64,000 nucleotides of DNA, taken from the NCBI GenBank assembly GCA_965203355.1, contig OZ241889.1:2080001-2144000 (forward strand). The letters run 5' to 3'. A model generated the notes under the pieces. The model was not told where the DNA came from. It saw nothing but the letters and a program-made list of their open reading frames with translations, and ran no database searches. Below are positions 1-10,354 of this stretch, piece after piece. Made by a program: the position numbers and the translations under genes. Numbering within the stretch: position 1 is the stretch's first letter; each line of letters starts with the position of its first letter. Source of the DNA: Candidatus Latescibacterota bacterium. Lineage in GTDB: Bacteria; Latescibacterota; UBA2968; UBA8231.

Positions 1-1407
1 CCCATCGCCTTGATGATGCGGCCGGCCGATGCCGAGTTAAAGATAAGGGTTGACGAATACTTACTCGCACGGCGGCTTACGCGCCACCGCCAGCAGACCT
101 TTACCGACGACCTGCCCGGCTTAAAGGAGCGCGGCCGCTTGCGCATGATCACGCGCAACAACGCCATGACCTATTTCATCCATCGCGGCTTGCAGGTGGG
201 CTTTGAGTACGAGCTGATGAAAAAATTCGCTGATCAGCACGGCCTGCGCCTCGAAATCGTCATTCCAGACAACCACGCCGAGCTGCTGACCTATCTGAAC
301 GAGGGCAAAGGCGATGTGGTGGCGGCGGCCATGACCATTACGCCAGAGCGGGAAAAGCAGGCGGCCTTTGCCCAGCCCTATAACGAAGTCGATGAGCTAG
401 TGGTGGTGCGGGCCGACGACTATTCACTCAATCGCCTAGCGGATTTGGCCGGGCGCACGATCCACGTGCGCGCCAGCTCGTCGTTTTACACCACCCTGAA
501 GGCCCTAAAGGATTCCATTGCGGGCTTGCAGGTCGCGCTGCTGCCCGAAGATCTCGAGACCGAAGACATCTTGGCTGGCGTTGAGGAGGGCCGCTATGAC
601 CTTACTCTGTGCGATTCCAATTTGCTCGACGTGGAACGCGCCTACGGGCATCAGCTCAAGGCCGCTTTCAGCATCAAGCCGACGGTCTTGGGCTGGGCCG
701 TGCGAAAGGACAATCCGGCCTTGCTGGCCGCGCTCAACCAGTATGTACAAGAGGAAAAAGGCGGCTTGTTTTTCAACATGATGAAGAGGCGCTACTTCAA
801 GAACAAGCGCACCATCGCCAAGGCCAAGGATTCACTGAGGGTTGATCGGAGCGGTCGCCTGTCGCCCTATGACGATATGGTAAAAAAGTACGCCCGGCAG
901 TACGGCCAGGACTGGCGGTTGATTACCGCGCAGATGTACCAAGAATCCAAGTTCCATCCCCAAGCCACTAGCTGGGTTGGCGCGCGCGGGCTGATGCAGA
1001 TCATGCCGGTCACCGGGCGCGAGTTGGGATTTACCGACCTGTACGACCCAGAAGAGAGTATCCACGCTGGCGTAAAGTACCTGTCCCAACTGATCCGCCG
1101 CCTCGATCCGAAAATCCCCATGGAGGAGCGGACGCGCTTTGCGTTGGCCGCCTACAATGTCGGGTATGGGCACGTGCTTGATGCGCGCCGCTTGGCCCGC
1201 GAAAAGGGGTGGAATCCCAACAAGTGGTTTGGCCACGTGGAACAGGCGATGAAGCTACTCGCCAATCCGGCGTACTACAAGCGGATGCGTTACGGCTTTT
1301 GTCGCGGCGGCCAGCCCGTGCATTACGTAGGCAACATCCAGACCATGTACGACGCCTATGTCGGGATGTTGAGTATGGTGAGGACCGCGGGCCAAGAGGA
1401 CCTCTAA
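1..1407 (+). CDS. mltF: MltF-like lytic transglycosylase (periplasmic-binding domain + SLT domain), probably 5'-truncated by the window edge
   Basis: PBP domain (GFEYEL, GDVVAAAMTIT) then SLT motifs QES, GLMQI, AYNVG. The frame is open from base 1. Confidence 0.8.
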   Translation, partial: PIALMMRPADAELKIRVDEYLLARRLTRHRQQTFTDDLPGLKERGRLRMITRNNAMTYFIHRGLQVGFEYELMKKFADQHGLRLEIVIPDNHAELLTYLNEGKGDVVAAAMTITPEREKQAAFAQPYNEVDELVVVRADDYSLNRLADLAGRTIHVRASSSFYTTLKALKDSIAGLQVALLPEDLETEDILAGVEEGRYDLTLCDSNLLDVERAYGHQLKAAFSIKPTVLGWAVRKDNPALLAALNQYVQEEKGGLFFNMMKRRYFKNKRTIAKAKDSLRVDRSGRLSPYDDMVKKYARQYGQDWRLITAQMYQESKFHPQATSWVGARGLMQIMPVTGRELGFTDLYDPEESIHAGVKYLSQLIRRLDPKIPMEERTRFALAAYNVGYGHVLDARRLAREKGWNPNKWFGHVEQAMKLLANPAYYKRMRYGFCRGGQPVHYVGNIQTMYDAYVGMLSMVRTAGQEDL

Positions 1408-1414
1408 GCCCGTT

Positions 1415-2809
1415 TTACCCGCGCCCAAACACGTGTGCCGGCAGATACGTAGCCAATTCCGGCACAAACCACAGCCCCACTAACAGCAGCACTTGAATCG
1501 CGATAAAGGGCACGACTCCCCGGTAGATTTGCGGCGTGCTAATCTCGGAGGGGGCGACGCCGCGCAGGTAAAAGAGCGAGAAGCCAAACGGGGGCGTGAG
1601 AAAAGACGTCTGCAGGTTCAGGGCGATCATCACGCCCAACCACACCGGATCTAAGCCCATCGTCAAGAGGATCGGGCCGACGATGGGGACGACGACGAAG
1701 ATGATCTCAAAGAAATCGAGAAAGAAACCGAGCAAAAACATCACGGCCATCACCAGGGCAAAAGAGCCGAGCGCGCCGCCGGTTGCCTCGTGGGTTAGAA
1801 AGGCTTCGACTGCTTCGTCGCCCCCGTAGCCGCGAAAGACCAGCGAAAATGCGCTTGCGCCGATGAGTATGATAAAGACCATGGCGTTGATTTTGGTGGT
1901 GGTGTGCATGACTTCTTTGAGGGTGGCGCGGTTGAAATGCCCTTTGGCAAGCGACAAGAGCATGGCACCCACCGCGCCGACCGAAGCCGCTTCGGTGGGC
2001 GTGGCCACGCCGAAGAGGATGGAGCCGAGCACCCCGCCGATGAGGACTAGCGGGGGCACGAGGGCTGCGCCGAGGCGGCGGAAAAAGGCCGCGCTGAGCA
2101 TGGGTACGCGCTCTGCGGCTGGCACGGCTGGCACGGCAGCCGGCTTGAGGCGGCCGAGAGCGATTATATAGAGGATATAGAGGACCATCAGCGCGAAGCC
2201 GGGCACGAGTGCGCCCATAAAGAGGTCGCCGACCGAGACCGAGACCGGGGCGAAGTTGCCCATTTTGAGCTGGGCCTGCTGGTGCGCTGAGGAGATCACG
2301 TCGCCGAGGATGACGAGCACAATGCTGGGCGGGATGATCTGGCCGAGCGTCCCGGAGGCGCAGATGATGCCAGTGGCAACCGCTGGGGAGTACGCGCGTT
2401 TGAGCATGGCCGGCAGCGAAATAAGCCCCATGGTGACGACGGTCGCGCCGACGATGCCAGTCGAGGCCGCCAACAGGCCCCCGACGAGGCAGACCGAAAT
2501 CCCCAGTCCGCCGCACAAACCGCCGCAGAGCTGGGCCATGGTTTCGAGCAGGTCCTCGGCGATTTTCGAGCGTTCCAGCACGACCCCCATAAAGACAAAT
2601 AGCGGCACCGCCATCAGCGTCTCGTTAGACATGATGCCGTAAATGCGGGCGGGCAAAGCCGAGAGAAAGGCCCCGTCGAAGTGGCCGGTGAGCATGCCGA
2701 GTCCGGCAAAGCCGAAGGCCGTACCCGCGAGGCAAAAAGCCACGGGGAAGCCGGATAGTAGCACCGCGAAGGTGCAGAGGAACATGGCGAGGGGCGCGAG
2801 TTCGCTCAT
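1415..2809 (-). CDS. dctM: TRAP transporter large permease (DctM)
   Basis: Hydrophobic, with GTLGQIIPPSI, TPTEAA and LTPPFG motifs. Start reassigned to ATG 2809 (MSELAPL), overlapping the dctQ stop (ATGA). Confidence 0.92.
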   Translation of the reverse strand: MSELAPLAMFLCTFAVLLSGFPVAFCLAGTAFGFAGLGMLTGHFDGAFLSALPARIYGIMSNETLMAVPLFVFMGVVLERSKIAEDLLETMAQLCGGLCGGLGISVCLVGGLLAASTGIVGATVVTMGLISLPAMLKRAYSPAVATGIICASGTLGQIIPPSIVLVILGDVISSAHQQAQLKMGNFAPVSVSVGDLFMGALVPGFALMVLYILYIIALGRLKPAAVPAVPAAERVPMLSAAFFRRLGAALVPPLVLIGGVLGSILFGVATPTEAASVGAVGAMLLSLAKGHFNRATLKEVMHTTTKINAMVFIILIGASAFSLVFRGYGGDEAVEAFLTHEATGGALGSFALVMAVMFLLGFFLDFFEIIFVVVPIVGPILLTMGLDPVWLGVMIALNLQTSFLTPPFGFSLFYLRGVAPSEISTPQIYRGVVPFIAIQVLLLVGLWFVPELATYLPAHVFGRG

Positions 2810-3297
2810 TGGGTGCGGAGGGTTTGTACGCTGTGGTGAATGATGGCTAGGGCTTGCAAAAACAGCAGCACGAAGCACACCGGGATGGCGGTTTTGAGCA
2901 GATAGACCGCCTCTAAGCCGCCGCCGTCTTGAGAGCCTTCGAGCACGGCCCAAGAGTCGGCGACAAAGGGCAGCGACTGGTAGATCAGGACCGTGCAGCA
3001 CGGGATCAGGAGCAGGGCGCTGCCCAAGAGGTTGACGAGGGCTTTGCGCCGGACGTTCAAGGGCCGGTAGAGAATATCAACGCGGACGTGCTCGTCGTGC
3101 GAGAGGGTGTAGCCGGCTGCCAAAAGGAAGGTGAACGCATGCATGTACAGGGCTGTTTCCTGCATCCAGACCCAGCCGCGCCCAAAGAGGTAGCGCAAGA
3201 TCACGACGGCAAAAGTAACCAAGACCATGCCCAGCGTCAGCCAAGGCACGGTGTGGGCGATGCAGCGGTTGAGGCGTTCCATGGGCGCGTCAGCCAA
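2806..3297 (-). CDS. dctQ: TRAP transporter small permease (DctQ)
   Basis: About 4 TM segments, HVRVDI motif, lies between dctP and dctM. Confidence 0.9.
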   Translation of the reverse strand: MADAPMERLNRCIAHTVPWLTLGMVLVTFAVVILRYLFGRGWVWMQETALYMHAFTFLLAAGYTLSHDEHVRVDILYRPLNVRRKALVNLLGSALLLIPCCTVLIYQSLPFVADSWAVLEGSQDGGGLEAVYLLKTAIPVCFVLLFLQALAIIHHSVQTLRTQ

Positions 3298-4414
3298 AGG
3301 TCAGGGCGCGGGCCTGAGTGTAGGCTTGCTCGGAGACGCGCGTGTACGCGATGGAGTTTTTGCGGAAGGCGTCAAACGAGCTATAGACCCGGCGGGAAAA
3401 AGGGTCTTGGCCGGCGATCTCGGCGACGACTTCGGCCGCCACTTTGCCGATTTGCGTCAACAGCTCGTCGGAAAAGCGCCGGAGCTGGACCCCGTGTTTT
3501 TCCACCAACGTCTTGAGGGCGTGGCTGTTGCGTGCGGTGAACTCGCTGAGCATGTCGTCGTTGGCCGCTTGGCAGGCGTATGCGACGATGGCTTGGAGAT
3601 CTGCGGGGAGGGCCGCCAAGGCTTTTTTGTTGACCATGCACTCTAGCGCGGTCCCGGGCTCGTGCCAGCCCGGCCAGTAGTAGTATGTAGCGGCTTGGTG
3701 TAGCCCAAAGGCGAGATCGTTGTACGGGCCGACCCATTCGGTGGCGTCAATGGCGCCGGTCTTGAGGGCTTGGAAAATCTCGCCGCCGGGCAGGGCTTTG
3801 ACGGTGGCCTCGAGGCGGCGCAAGACCTCGCCGCCTAGGCCTGGCATCCGCATGACCAAACCGGAAAAGTCGGCTAGGGTGTTGATTTCTCGGTTGAACC
3901 AACCGCCCATCTGCACGCCCGTATTGCCGACGGGAAAGGCCCGGAGGTTGAAGGAGGCGTAGAGTTCGTCCCACAGGGCTTGGCCGCCGCCGTAGCGCAG
4001 CCAGCCGTTGATCTCGGCCGCGTTTAGCCCAAAGGGGACCGCCGAGAAAAACTGGGTTGCCTCGTGCTTGCCCTTCCAGTAGTAAGCCGCTCCGTGGCCC
4101 ATCTCGGCGGTGCCGCCAGAGACCGCGTCGAATACGCCCGAGGCCGGTACCAACTCACCCGCGCCGTACACCTTGACGTGTAGGCGTCCAGCGGACAGGG
4201 CCTCAATGCTGCGGGCGAGGTTGTTGGCCCCGGTGCCCAAGGCCGGAAAGTCCTTGGGCCACGTGGTGACCAGTTTCCATTTGAAGCGCTGTTGGGATTG
4301 GACCGCCGGGGCTACCTGCTGTTCGGCTTGGCCACAGGCGACCCAGCCGCCGGCCGCAACGAGCGGGGCGCTTTGGAGAAAGGAGCGGCGCGAGCGTGGT
4401 GCGGAATCGTGCAT
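3290..4414 (-). CDS. dctP: TRAP substrate-binding protein (DctP/TakP-like), Tat-exported
   Basis: SRRSFL Tat motif, WKLVTTWP, GNTGVQMGGWF, EWVGPYND, YYWPGWHEP. Confidence 0.9.
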   Translation of the reverse strand: MHDSAPRSRRSFLQSAPLVAAGGWVACGQAEQQVAPAVQSQQRFKWKLVTTWPKDFPALGTGANNLARSIEALSAGRLHVKVYGAGELVPASGVFDAVSGGTAEMGHGAAYYWKGKHEATQFFSAVPFGLNAAEINGWLRYGGGQALWDELYASFNLRAFPVGNTGVQMGGWFNREINTLADFSGLVMRMPGLGGEVLRRLEATVKALPGGEIFQALKTGAIDATEWVGPYNDLAFGLHQAATYYYWPGWHEPGTALECMVNKKALAALPADLQAIVAYACQAANDDMLSEFTARNSHALKTLVEKHGVQLRRFSDELLTQIGKVAAEVVAEIAGQDPFSRRVYSSFDAFRKNSIAYTRVSEQAYTQARALTFG

Positions 4415-4420
4415 GGAACC

Positions 4421-5101
4421 TCAGCTTTTGTCGAGGAGATGGCAGGAACCGTCGTCTTGGCCGACGATCACGAGATGGGTCATGCCGAGGAAAAGTCCGT
4501 TTTCCACGACCCCGGGCAAGGCGTTGAGCCAGCGCTCGGTGGCGCGGGCATCGTCGATCCCAGCGGGAAAGCGCGCGTCGATGACAAAGTTGCCGTTGTC
4601 GGTGACACACGGGATGTCTGGGGCGCGCAAGCGCAAGGCTGGTTCCGCGCCCTGTTCTTTGAGGTGCCGTGCGACGAGCGGATGGGACCAAGGGACGACC
4701 TCGACCGGCAGCGGGGCTTTGCTGCCGAGCCGGTCGACTAGCTTGGATGGATCGGCGACGATGATTTGGAAAGCGGCGATGGAGGCGACGATTTTCTCGC
4801 GCAGGAGCGCGCCGCCGAGGCCCTTGATCAAGTCGAGGTTGGGATCGACCTCGTCGGCTCCGTCGATGGTCAAATCAACGCTGGACACCTCGGCGAGCGT
4901 CGTCAGTTTAATGTTGAGGGAGCGGGCCAAGGTTGCCGTGGTTTCCGACGTGGGGATGGCCCTGACTGCTAGCCCGGCCGCGACGCGTTCTCCGAGGGCC
5001 CGGATGGCCCATTCGGCGGTCGAACCCGTGCCCAGCCCTACGGTCATCCCTGCTTTAATGTACTCGGCCGCCCGGCGGCCGGCCGCTTCTTTTGGCGTCA
5101 T
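4421..5101 (-). CDS. rpiA: Ribose-5-phosphate isomerase A
   Basis: GLGTGSTA, DGADEVD, KGLGGALLREK. Start taken at MTPKEAAG (5101). Confidence 0.95.
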   Translation of the reverse strand: MTPKEAAGRRAAEYIKAGMTVGLGTGSTAEWAIRALGERVAAGLAVRAIPTSETTATLARSLNIKLTTLAEVSSVDLTIDGADEVDPNLDLIKGLGGALLREKIVASIAAFQIIVADPSKLVDRLGSKAPLPVEVVPWSHPLVARHLKEQGAEPALRLRAPDIPCVTDNGNFVIDARFPAGIDDARATERWLNALPGVVENGLFLGMTHLVIVGQDDGSCHLLDKS

Positions 5102-5114
5102 GTCTCCACCCACT

Positions 5115-5582
5115 TTAGAGGCGCACACAGTAGTGAATCTGGCGGGCGACTTCTGCAAAGCCGAGGCTGGGATATAAGTGGGCGCCGATGGGGTTTCGCG
5201 CCAGCGTCTCGATCTTGGCGCACTCCATGCCAGCCGCGCGCAGGTGCGCTAAGCCGTGCTCTATGAGCTGGCGGCCCATGCCTTGGCCTTGGCAGTGCGG
5301 CAGGACGGCGAGGTTGGGAATCCCGCCGATTTTGCTCTCGCGGTCGATGCGAGTAGTGATGTAGCCGACGACCTCGCCGGCTTCTTCCCACACAAAGACG
5401 CCACTGGCCCGCTCGCCCGCTACATCGTCGTCCATGTGGCGCAGCTTGCGAAACTGCCAGTCGCGCCCGCCAATGAGTCCGAAGTGCTGCTCGATGCTGT
5501 GGTCGATGGATACGCCGGGGAAGCAGATGGCCGTGATGTGCTTGAGCGCGGGCAAGTCGGCTGGGCGATAGGGGCGAATCAC
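5115..5582 (-). CDS. GNAT family N-acetyltransferase
   Basis: IRPYRPAD start, AVLPHCQGQGMG acetyl-CoA motif, LYPSLGF. Confidence 0.85.
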   Translation of the reverse strand: MIRPYRPADLPALKHITAICFPGVSIDHSIEQHFGLIGGRDWQFRKLRHMDDDVAGERASGVFVWEEAGEVVGYITTRIDRESKIGGIPNLAVLPHCQGQGMGRQLIEHGLAHLRAAGMECAKIETLARNPIGAHLYPSLGFAEVARQIHYCVRL

Positions 5583-5586
5583 GAGA

Positions 5587-8500
5587 TCAGGTTCCAGAGG
5601 ATGCGGAAATCTGCAACAGCGCCGGGTCCGGGGCGGTCTGGCGGCCGGCTAGCAGCTCGGCGGCCCGCTCTTTGGCGGCCGCCATTTTGGGCTGGCGGAC
5701 GCCGCGGTAGCCGCGCACCGCTTCGGGCAGCGACAGAACTTGTAGCCAGGTGTGGTACTCGTCTGCGGACTGCGGAGCAAAGTCGGCGATCAGCCCCTCG
5801 TACCACGCGGCGAAATCGCGCTCTTCGCGGTGCCACCATGCCGAGCAAAGTCGGCGGAGGAACTTCATGCGGGCGACCCATTTTAGCGACCTGTCGCCTA
5901 GCTTGAGATCCGGGCGAAAATCCCGGCCAAAAAGACGCAGATGCGGCCGGTTCAGGTGGCGGTAGCGGATGCGGTCGCCGCGGCTGGGGTCAATGTTGTA
6001 GCGGATGCGGTCGCGCCGGTACTTTTCCTCGCAGGTGAGCAGATGAGCCACGTAGATTTCGTCCTTGATGGCGAGGACCTTGGCGAGCTGATAGATGACC
6101 GCGCGGGTGGCTGCGAACTCGAACTCGGGTCCGTCTTGGGCCTGTACGGCGAGCACTTGGTGGATATAGCGGTCGGCGTAATCGAGGTTTTCGTATTGGA
6201 TCAGGTCGTACACCCGCAGCGCGAAATGGTGCCGCGCCGTGGCGATGGGTGTATCGCGGATGCGGTCGCGGTAGGCTGCGGCGACGCGCTTGCCCCGCGT
6301 CCGGGCCAGCAGCGCGGTTTTGTCGGCGACGAGTTCGGCATAGCTAAGCGGTTGTTCTTCGAGCGGAAAATGGTTCGGATCGAGCGCTAGGTATCGGCCC
6401 ATGTTAAAGGCTTTTAGGTTGGTCTCCAGGTCGCGGCGCACGGCTTTGCCTATGGCCCAAAGCAAGGTGTCGAGCGCTAGGGAGAGCAAGCCGCGCTGGA
6501 AGGCCACGCCGAGCATCATGATGTTGGCGTAGAGTTTGTTGCCCAAGTAGTGCTCGCAGATGCGGAAGAGATCCGCGCCGAAGTAGTCGTCTGGACGAGT
6601 GTGCTGGCGGATGAGGTCGGCTTGGGCTGTGGCCGAGAAGTCCTCTTGGCCGATGAGCGTGTCGATGGTGGGGGTTTTGGCGGTGTTGACAATGGCGGCG
6701 GTGCGCGCTGAGTGGGCGATGCGATAGCGGCCTGCGGGGTCGAGGCCACGCGCTGCTTCGAGCACGTCGAGCCCGAGGAGCAAGTCGGCCTTGCCGCAGG
6801 GGATCAGCGGGGAGACCGGAGTGCCCTTGGGGGCGTAGCTCAAATGCGAATAGACCGAGCCGTTGCGGATGGCCAGCCCCTTTTTGTTGGTCAGCCGCAC
6901 CTCGTAGCCCTGCCGCACCCCCGCTTGCGCCAACACCGAGGCCACCACGTTGACGCCCATGCCGCCGACTCCGGCTATGTAGGTGTACCAGATGTCGGTG
7001 AGGGGGCGTTGTACGGGCGCGGGCAACTGGCTGGCGTCGATGGGAGGGGTTGAGACGGTGGCCGGGGCTTGGCGACGGACGGTAATCTCCTCAAAGGAGG
7101 GACAGGTTTTGTCGTCGCCGACTTCAACCCGGGTGCAAGCCCCATCGGCAACGCAGGCGGACGGGTCAATGGCGATCTTGGGGCCGTACTCGGTGTCGGC
7201 CGCGACCGTCAGGCCGCTGCAGCCGGTGGCTTGGGTGCATTCGAGGCAGTACTCGCAAACTTCTTCGCTGATGTTGATGTGCTTTTCGACTGGCAGAAAG
7301 CCCTGTTCTTTGGCGAGTACCCGCTGGTGCGCCCGCTCGCGGCGGTGGTAGGTAATGCCGCATTCCTTGTCGGCGATGATGATTTTGACCCCGTCGCGGA
7401 GCAAGGTTTTGCGGACGAGGGCGTCGTAGTCCTGGCGCTGGGAAGGGTCCATGCGGGCGATAAAGGTCGGCGAATCGCCGGCTAAGCCCGCGACGGCTTT
7501 TTCGATGTCTTGGGCAAAGGTCGGCTTACCCAACACATCGACGTCCACGCCTGGGGTGGGCTGATGCCCGGTCATGGCCGTGGTCTTGTTGTCGAGGATG
7601 ATGTAGGTGATGTCTTGGCCATTTTTGATGGAGTCCGAGATGGCGATCATGCCGGTGTGGAAAAAAGTCGAATCCCCCATGAAGACGACTTGTTTGTTGT
7701 CGATGAAGGGATCGATACCCGCGCCGGTGCCGCCGCCCAAGCCCATACCGGAAAGATTGTGCATCAACTCGGAAAACGGCGCGTATTTGAGCATGGAATA
7801 GCAGCCAATGTCGCCGTGAAAAACCAAATCTACCGGGGCTTCACCTGCCGAGGGCGCGGCCCAGTCGGCGGCGGCCTTCTTGAGTACGCTGGCCGAGTCG
7901 CGGTGCGGGCATCCCGGGCAGAAGGAGGGCGTACGCGGTGGAACGACCGTGGTGGAGGGCACGGGTGCTAAGGTGTCGAGTTCGGCCTGTAGTTTTTCGT
8001 GGTCAATGGGCAACTCGGCGTCCAGCGCAGCAAAAAGGCGGGATAGGGTTTGGACGATGAGCGAGGGGTGCAAGCCTTGCACATCGGGAAAGCCCGGCGT
8101 GTTGCCCGGAAAGCACTTGCCCCACAGCGCGTTGCCGCGCCCTTTTTGCCGCGCCAACTCAGCGGCGATCTGCGGCTCGATAAAGGCCCGTTTTTCCTCG
8201 ACCACGCAGAAAGCTTGGGCGCAGTCGGCAAAGCGCGCGATCAGGTGGGGATCGACCGGATACGTGATGCCCAGCTTGAGGATGGGAAAGTGCCCGGTCA
8301 GCCCGAGGATGTGCAAGGCGTGTTCGAGATAGCTATATGCCAAGCCAGAGGTGATAAAGCCCAGCGGCTTGGGGCCGTCGCTCGGCGGATAGAGGATTTG
8401 GTTGATGCACATCTCCTGCGCTAGCTGCCACAGGAGGGGATAGCGCTGATAGACGACCTCGCGCTCTTTGTGCGCCGTGGCCGGTGGGATGATGACGCGG

Positions 8501-9138
8501 TCGTCAGAGCAAATGGCCTTGGTGTCCAGTGTGCTGCGCTGCTTGCGGTTGAGGGTGGCAAAGCGATTGGGATAGACCGCGACGCTGCCGCCGCCGTCGG
8601 CTTGGTTGGAGGTGACCAGATAGGTCAAATAGAGACGCGTACGCCGCGACAGTTCAAAGCCCTGCCCGACCCAGTCCTTGATCTCCTGAAAGGTCGCGGG
8701 TTCGAGTACCGGCATGTAGAGATGCTGGGACAGGAAGCGCGAGTCAGCCGGTACTTGGGTCCCTTCCGACCAAGTGTCGTCGCCCACAGCGACTAGGACC
8801 CCGCCGCTGGGCGCGGCACCGACCATGTTGCCGAGGGCCAACCCGTCGGCCGCCACGTGCAGGCCAACGCTCTTCATCACGGCCAAGGCGCGGATGCCCT
8901 CCATCTGCGAGCCGTTGAGGCGGGCGGCGGCGAGGGCTTCGTTGTTGGCGATCTGGGCGACGATGCCGTGTTCGTTAAAGAGGTCCTTGTTGTTTTCGAG
9001 GGTCTCGAAAAGCTCGGCCAAGGGCGAGCCGGGGTACCCGGTAATGACGCCGACTTGGCTTTCTAAGGCACCCTTGACGATCAGTTCGTTGCCGGTGTAA
9101 ATGCCCGTGCCTTGTTCGAGTGAGAAGCGGGGATCCAT
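5587..9138 (-). CDS. Indolepyruvate:ferredoxin oxidoreductase family, fused alpha/beta polypeptide
   Basis: GYPGSP, FCPGCPH, TPP-binding GDSTFFH..N, ferredoxin cysteines, GVGGMGV beta domain. Confidence 0.88.
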   Translation of the reverse strand: MDPRFSLEQGTGIYTGNELIVKGALESQVGVITGYPGSPLAELFETLENNKDLFNEHGIVAQIANNEALAAARLNGSQMEGIRALAVMKSVGLHVAADGLALGNMVGAAPSGGVLVAVGDDTWSEGTQVPADSRFLSQHLYMPVLEPATFQEIKDWVGQGFELSRRTRLYLTYLVTSNQADGGGSVAVYPNRFATLNRKQRSTLDTKAICSDDRVIIPPATAHKEREVVYQRYPLLWQLAQEMCINQILYPPSDGPKPLGFITSGLAYSYLEHALHILGLTGHFPILKLGITYPVDPHLIARFADCAQAFCVVEEKRAFIEPQIAAELARQKGRGNALWGKCFPGNTPGFPDVQGLHPSLIVQTLSRLFAALDAELPIDHEKLQAELDTLAPVPSTTVVPPRTPSFCPGCPHRDSASVLKKAAADWAAPSAGEAPVDLVFHGDIGCYSMLKYAPFSELMHNLSGMGLGGGTGAGIDPFIDNKQVVFMGDSTFFHTGMIAISDSIKNGQDITYIILDNKTTAMTGHQPTPGVDVDVLGKPTFAQDIEKAVAGLAGDSPTFIARMDPSQRQDYDALVRKTLLRDGVKIIIADKECGITYHRRERAHQRVLAKEQGFLPVEKHINISEEVCEYCLECTQATGCSGLTVAADTEYGPKIAIDPSACVADGACTRVEVGDDKTCPSFEEITVRRQAPATVSTPPIDASQLPAPVQRPLTDIWYTYIAGVGGMGVNVVASVLAQAGVRQGYEVRLTNKKGLAIRNGSVYSHLSYAPKGTPVSPLIPCGKADLLLGLDVLEAARGLDPAGRYRIAHSARTAAIVNTAKTPTIDTLIGQEDFSATAQADLIRQHTRPDDYFGADLFRICEHYLGNKLYANIMMLGVAFQRGLLSLALDTLLWAIGKAVRRDLETNLKAFNMGRYLALDPNHFPLEEQPLSYAELVADKTALLARTRGKRVAAAYRDRIRDTPIATARHHFALRVYDLIQYENLDYADRYIHQVLAVQAQDGPEFEFAATRAVIYQLAKVLAIKDEIYVAHLLTCEEKYRRDRIRYNIDPSRGDRIRYRHLNRPHLRLFGRDFRPDLKLGDRSLKWVARMKFLRRLCSAWWHREERDFAAWYEGLIADFAPQSADEYHTWLQVLSLPEAVRGYRGVRQPKMAAAKERAAELLAGRQTAPDPALLQISASSGT

Positions 9139-9217
9139 GGTCCTAGCTGAGGCGATTGGGGAGCAAACGAAAACATAGTACGAGGTCTGAAGCGATTGTC
9201 AAGTCGGCTCGGTGGCC

Positions 9218-9754
9218 TCACGCTTCGGCGTCGAGCCAATAGCGTTGGTATTCTTCTAAGAAAGCAAGGGTCTGTAGATCGGCCATGCGGTCCGGGAAGA
9301 GCACGCCGTCGAGATGGTCGATTTCGTGCTGGAGGACGCGCGCGAAAAGCCCGGTTGCCTTTAGCTCCACTGCGCGCCCTTCGCGGTCGTAGCCCCGGAC
9401 CTCGACGGTTGCCGCGCGGGGGACCACGCCGCGCAGTTGGGGGATGCTCAAGCAGCCTTCCCAGCCGTCTATGCACTCGGGCGACCGAGCGATAAACTGC
9501 GGATTGAAGAGCACGGTCAGCGGGATGGAGGTCTCGTCTTGGGGATCGGCCGCCGGGTCGCCGAGCACGATCAGCCGCCGGGATTCAAACACTTGCGGCG
9601 CAGCCAAGCCAATGCCCTCGTAGTCGATCATGGTTTCGATCATGTCGTCGATTAAGTGCTGCGTCTGGGGGGTTTGCATTTGAGCGGGAGGGATTTCTGC
9701 GGCGCGTTGGCGCAGCACCGGATGCCCCATCCGCGACACCTTGCGAATGGCCAT
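9218..9754 (-). CDS. def: Peptide deformylase
   Basis: GIGLAAPQV, EGCLS, QHEIDHLDG. Confidence 0.97.
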   Translation of the reverse strand: MAIRKVSRMGHPVLRQRAAEIPPAQMQTPQTQHLIDDMIETMIDYEGIGLAAPQVFESRRLIVLGDPAADPQDETSIPLTVLFNPQFIARSPECIDGWEGCLSIPQLRGVVPRAATVEVRGYDREGRAVELKATGLFARVLQHEIDHLDGVLFPDRMADLQTLAFLEEYQRYWLDAEA

Positions 9755-9760
9755 AGCGCG

Positions 9761-10348
9761 TTACGGCGTTTGGGGTGGAGGCGTCGAGAGACAACAGCGG
9801 AAGCCCACTAAATCGAGATGGTAGGCCGAGTCGAGGAACCGCCCGTAGCGGGTGTCGGCGCGAGCTAGGTTGACGTTGTGGAAGAAGGAGCCGCCGCGCA
9901 CGACCCGCCAGCGATCGGCGTACGAGTACCAAGACGCGGTCCACTCCCAAGCATTGCCGATCATGTCGTAGATTCCGTAGGCGTTGGAGCAGCGTTCATA
10001 CGCGCCGCTGGGCACTAGGCCCGGCCCGCGTTGCCAGACTCCATCGACAGCAAAGCGCGTATTGCAGCGCCCGGACTCGAATTCCGCCCCATAGGAATAC
10101 GCGAAGTTCTGCGGCCCGGTGCAGGCTTGCTGCCATTCCTGTTCGGTACACAGCCGCTTGCCCTGCGCCGCACAGAGCGATTCCGCTTCGCCCCAAGTGA
10201 CATTGACTTGGGGCAGGGTGCCGCGCTGGTTGGGATACTCGTAGATGTCGATATAGAAGGCATTGTCGATCAGCACCATGCTTTCTACGTCGGCTGTGGC
10301 TAGGGCTGGGAGGGTGAGCAAAAGACAGAGAGCTAAGAGCTTATTCAT
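9761..10348 (-). CDS. Secreted formylglycine-generating-enzyme (SUMF1/FGE-sulfatase) domain protein
   Basis: Signal peptide, RLCTEQEW, YDMIGNAWEW, RGGSF, GFRC. Confidence 0.82.
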   Translation of the reverse strand: MNKLLALCLLLTLPALATADVESMVLIDNAFYIDIYEYPNQRGTLPQVNVTWGEAESLCAAQGKRLCTEQEWQQACTGPQNFAYSYGAEFESGRCNTRFAVDGVWQRGPGLVPSGAYERCSNAYGIYDMIGNAWEWTASWYSYADRWRVVRGGSFFHNVNLARADTRYGRFLDSAYHLDLVGFRCCLSTPPPQTP

Positions 10349-10354
10349 GGTCGC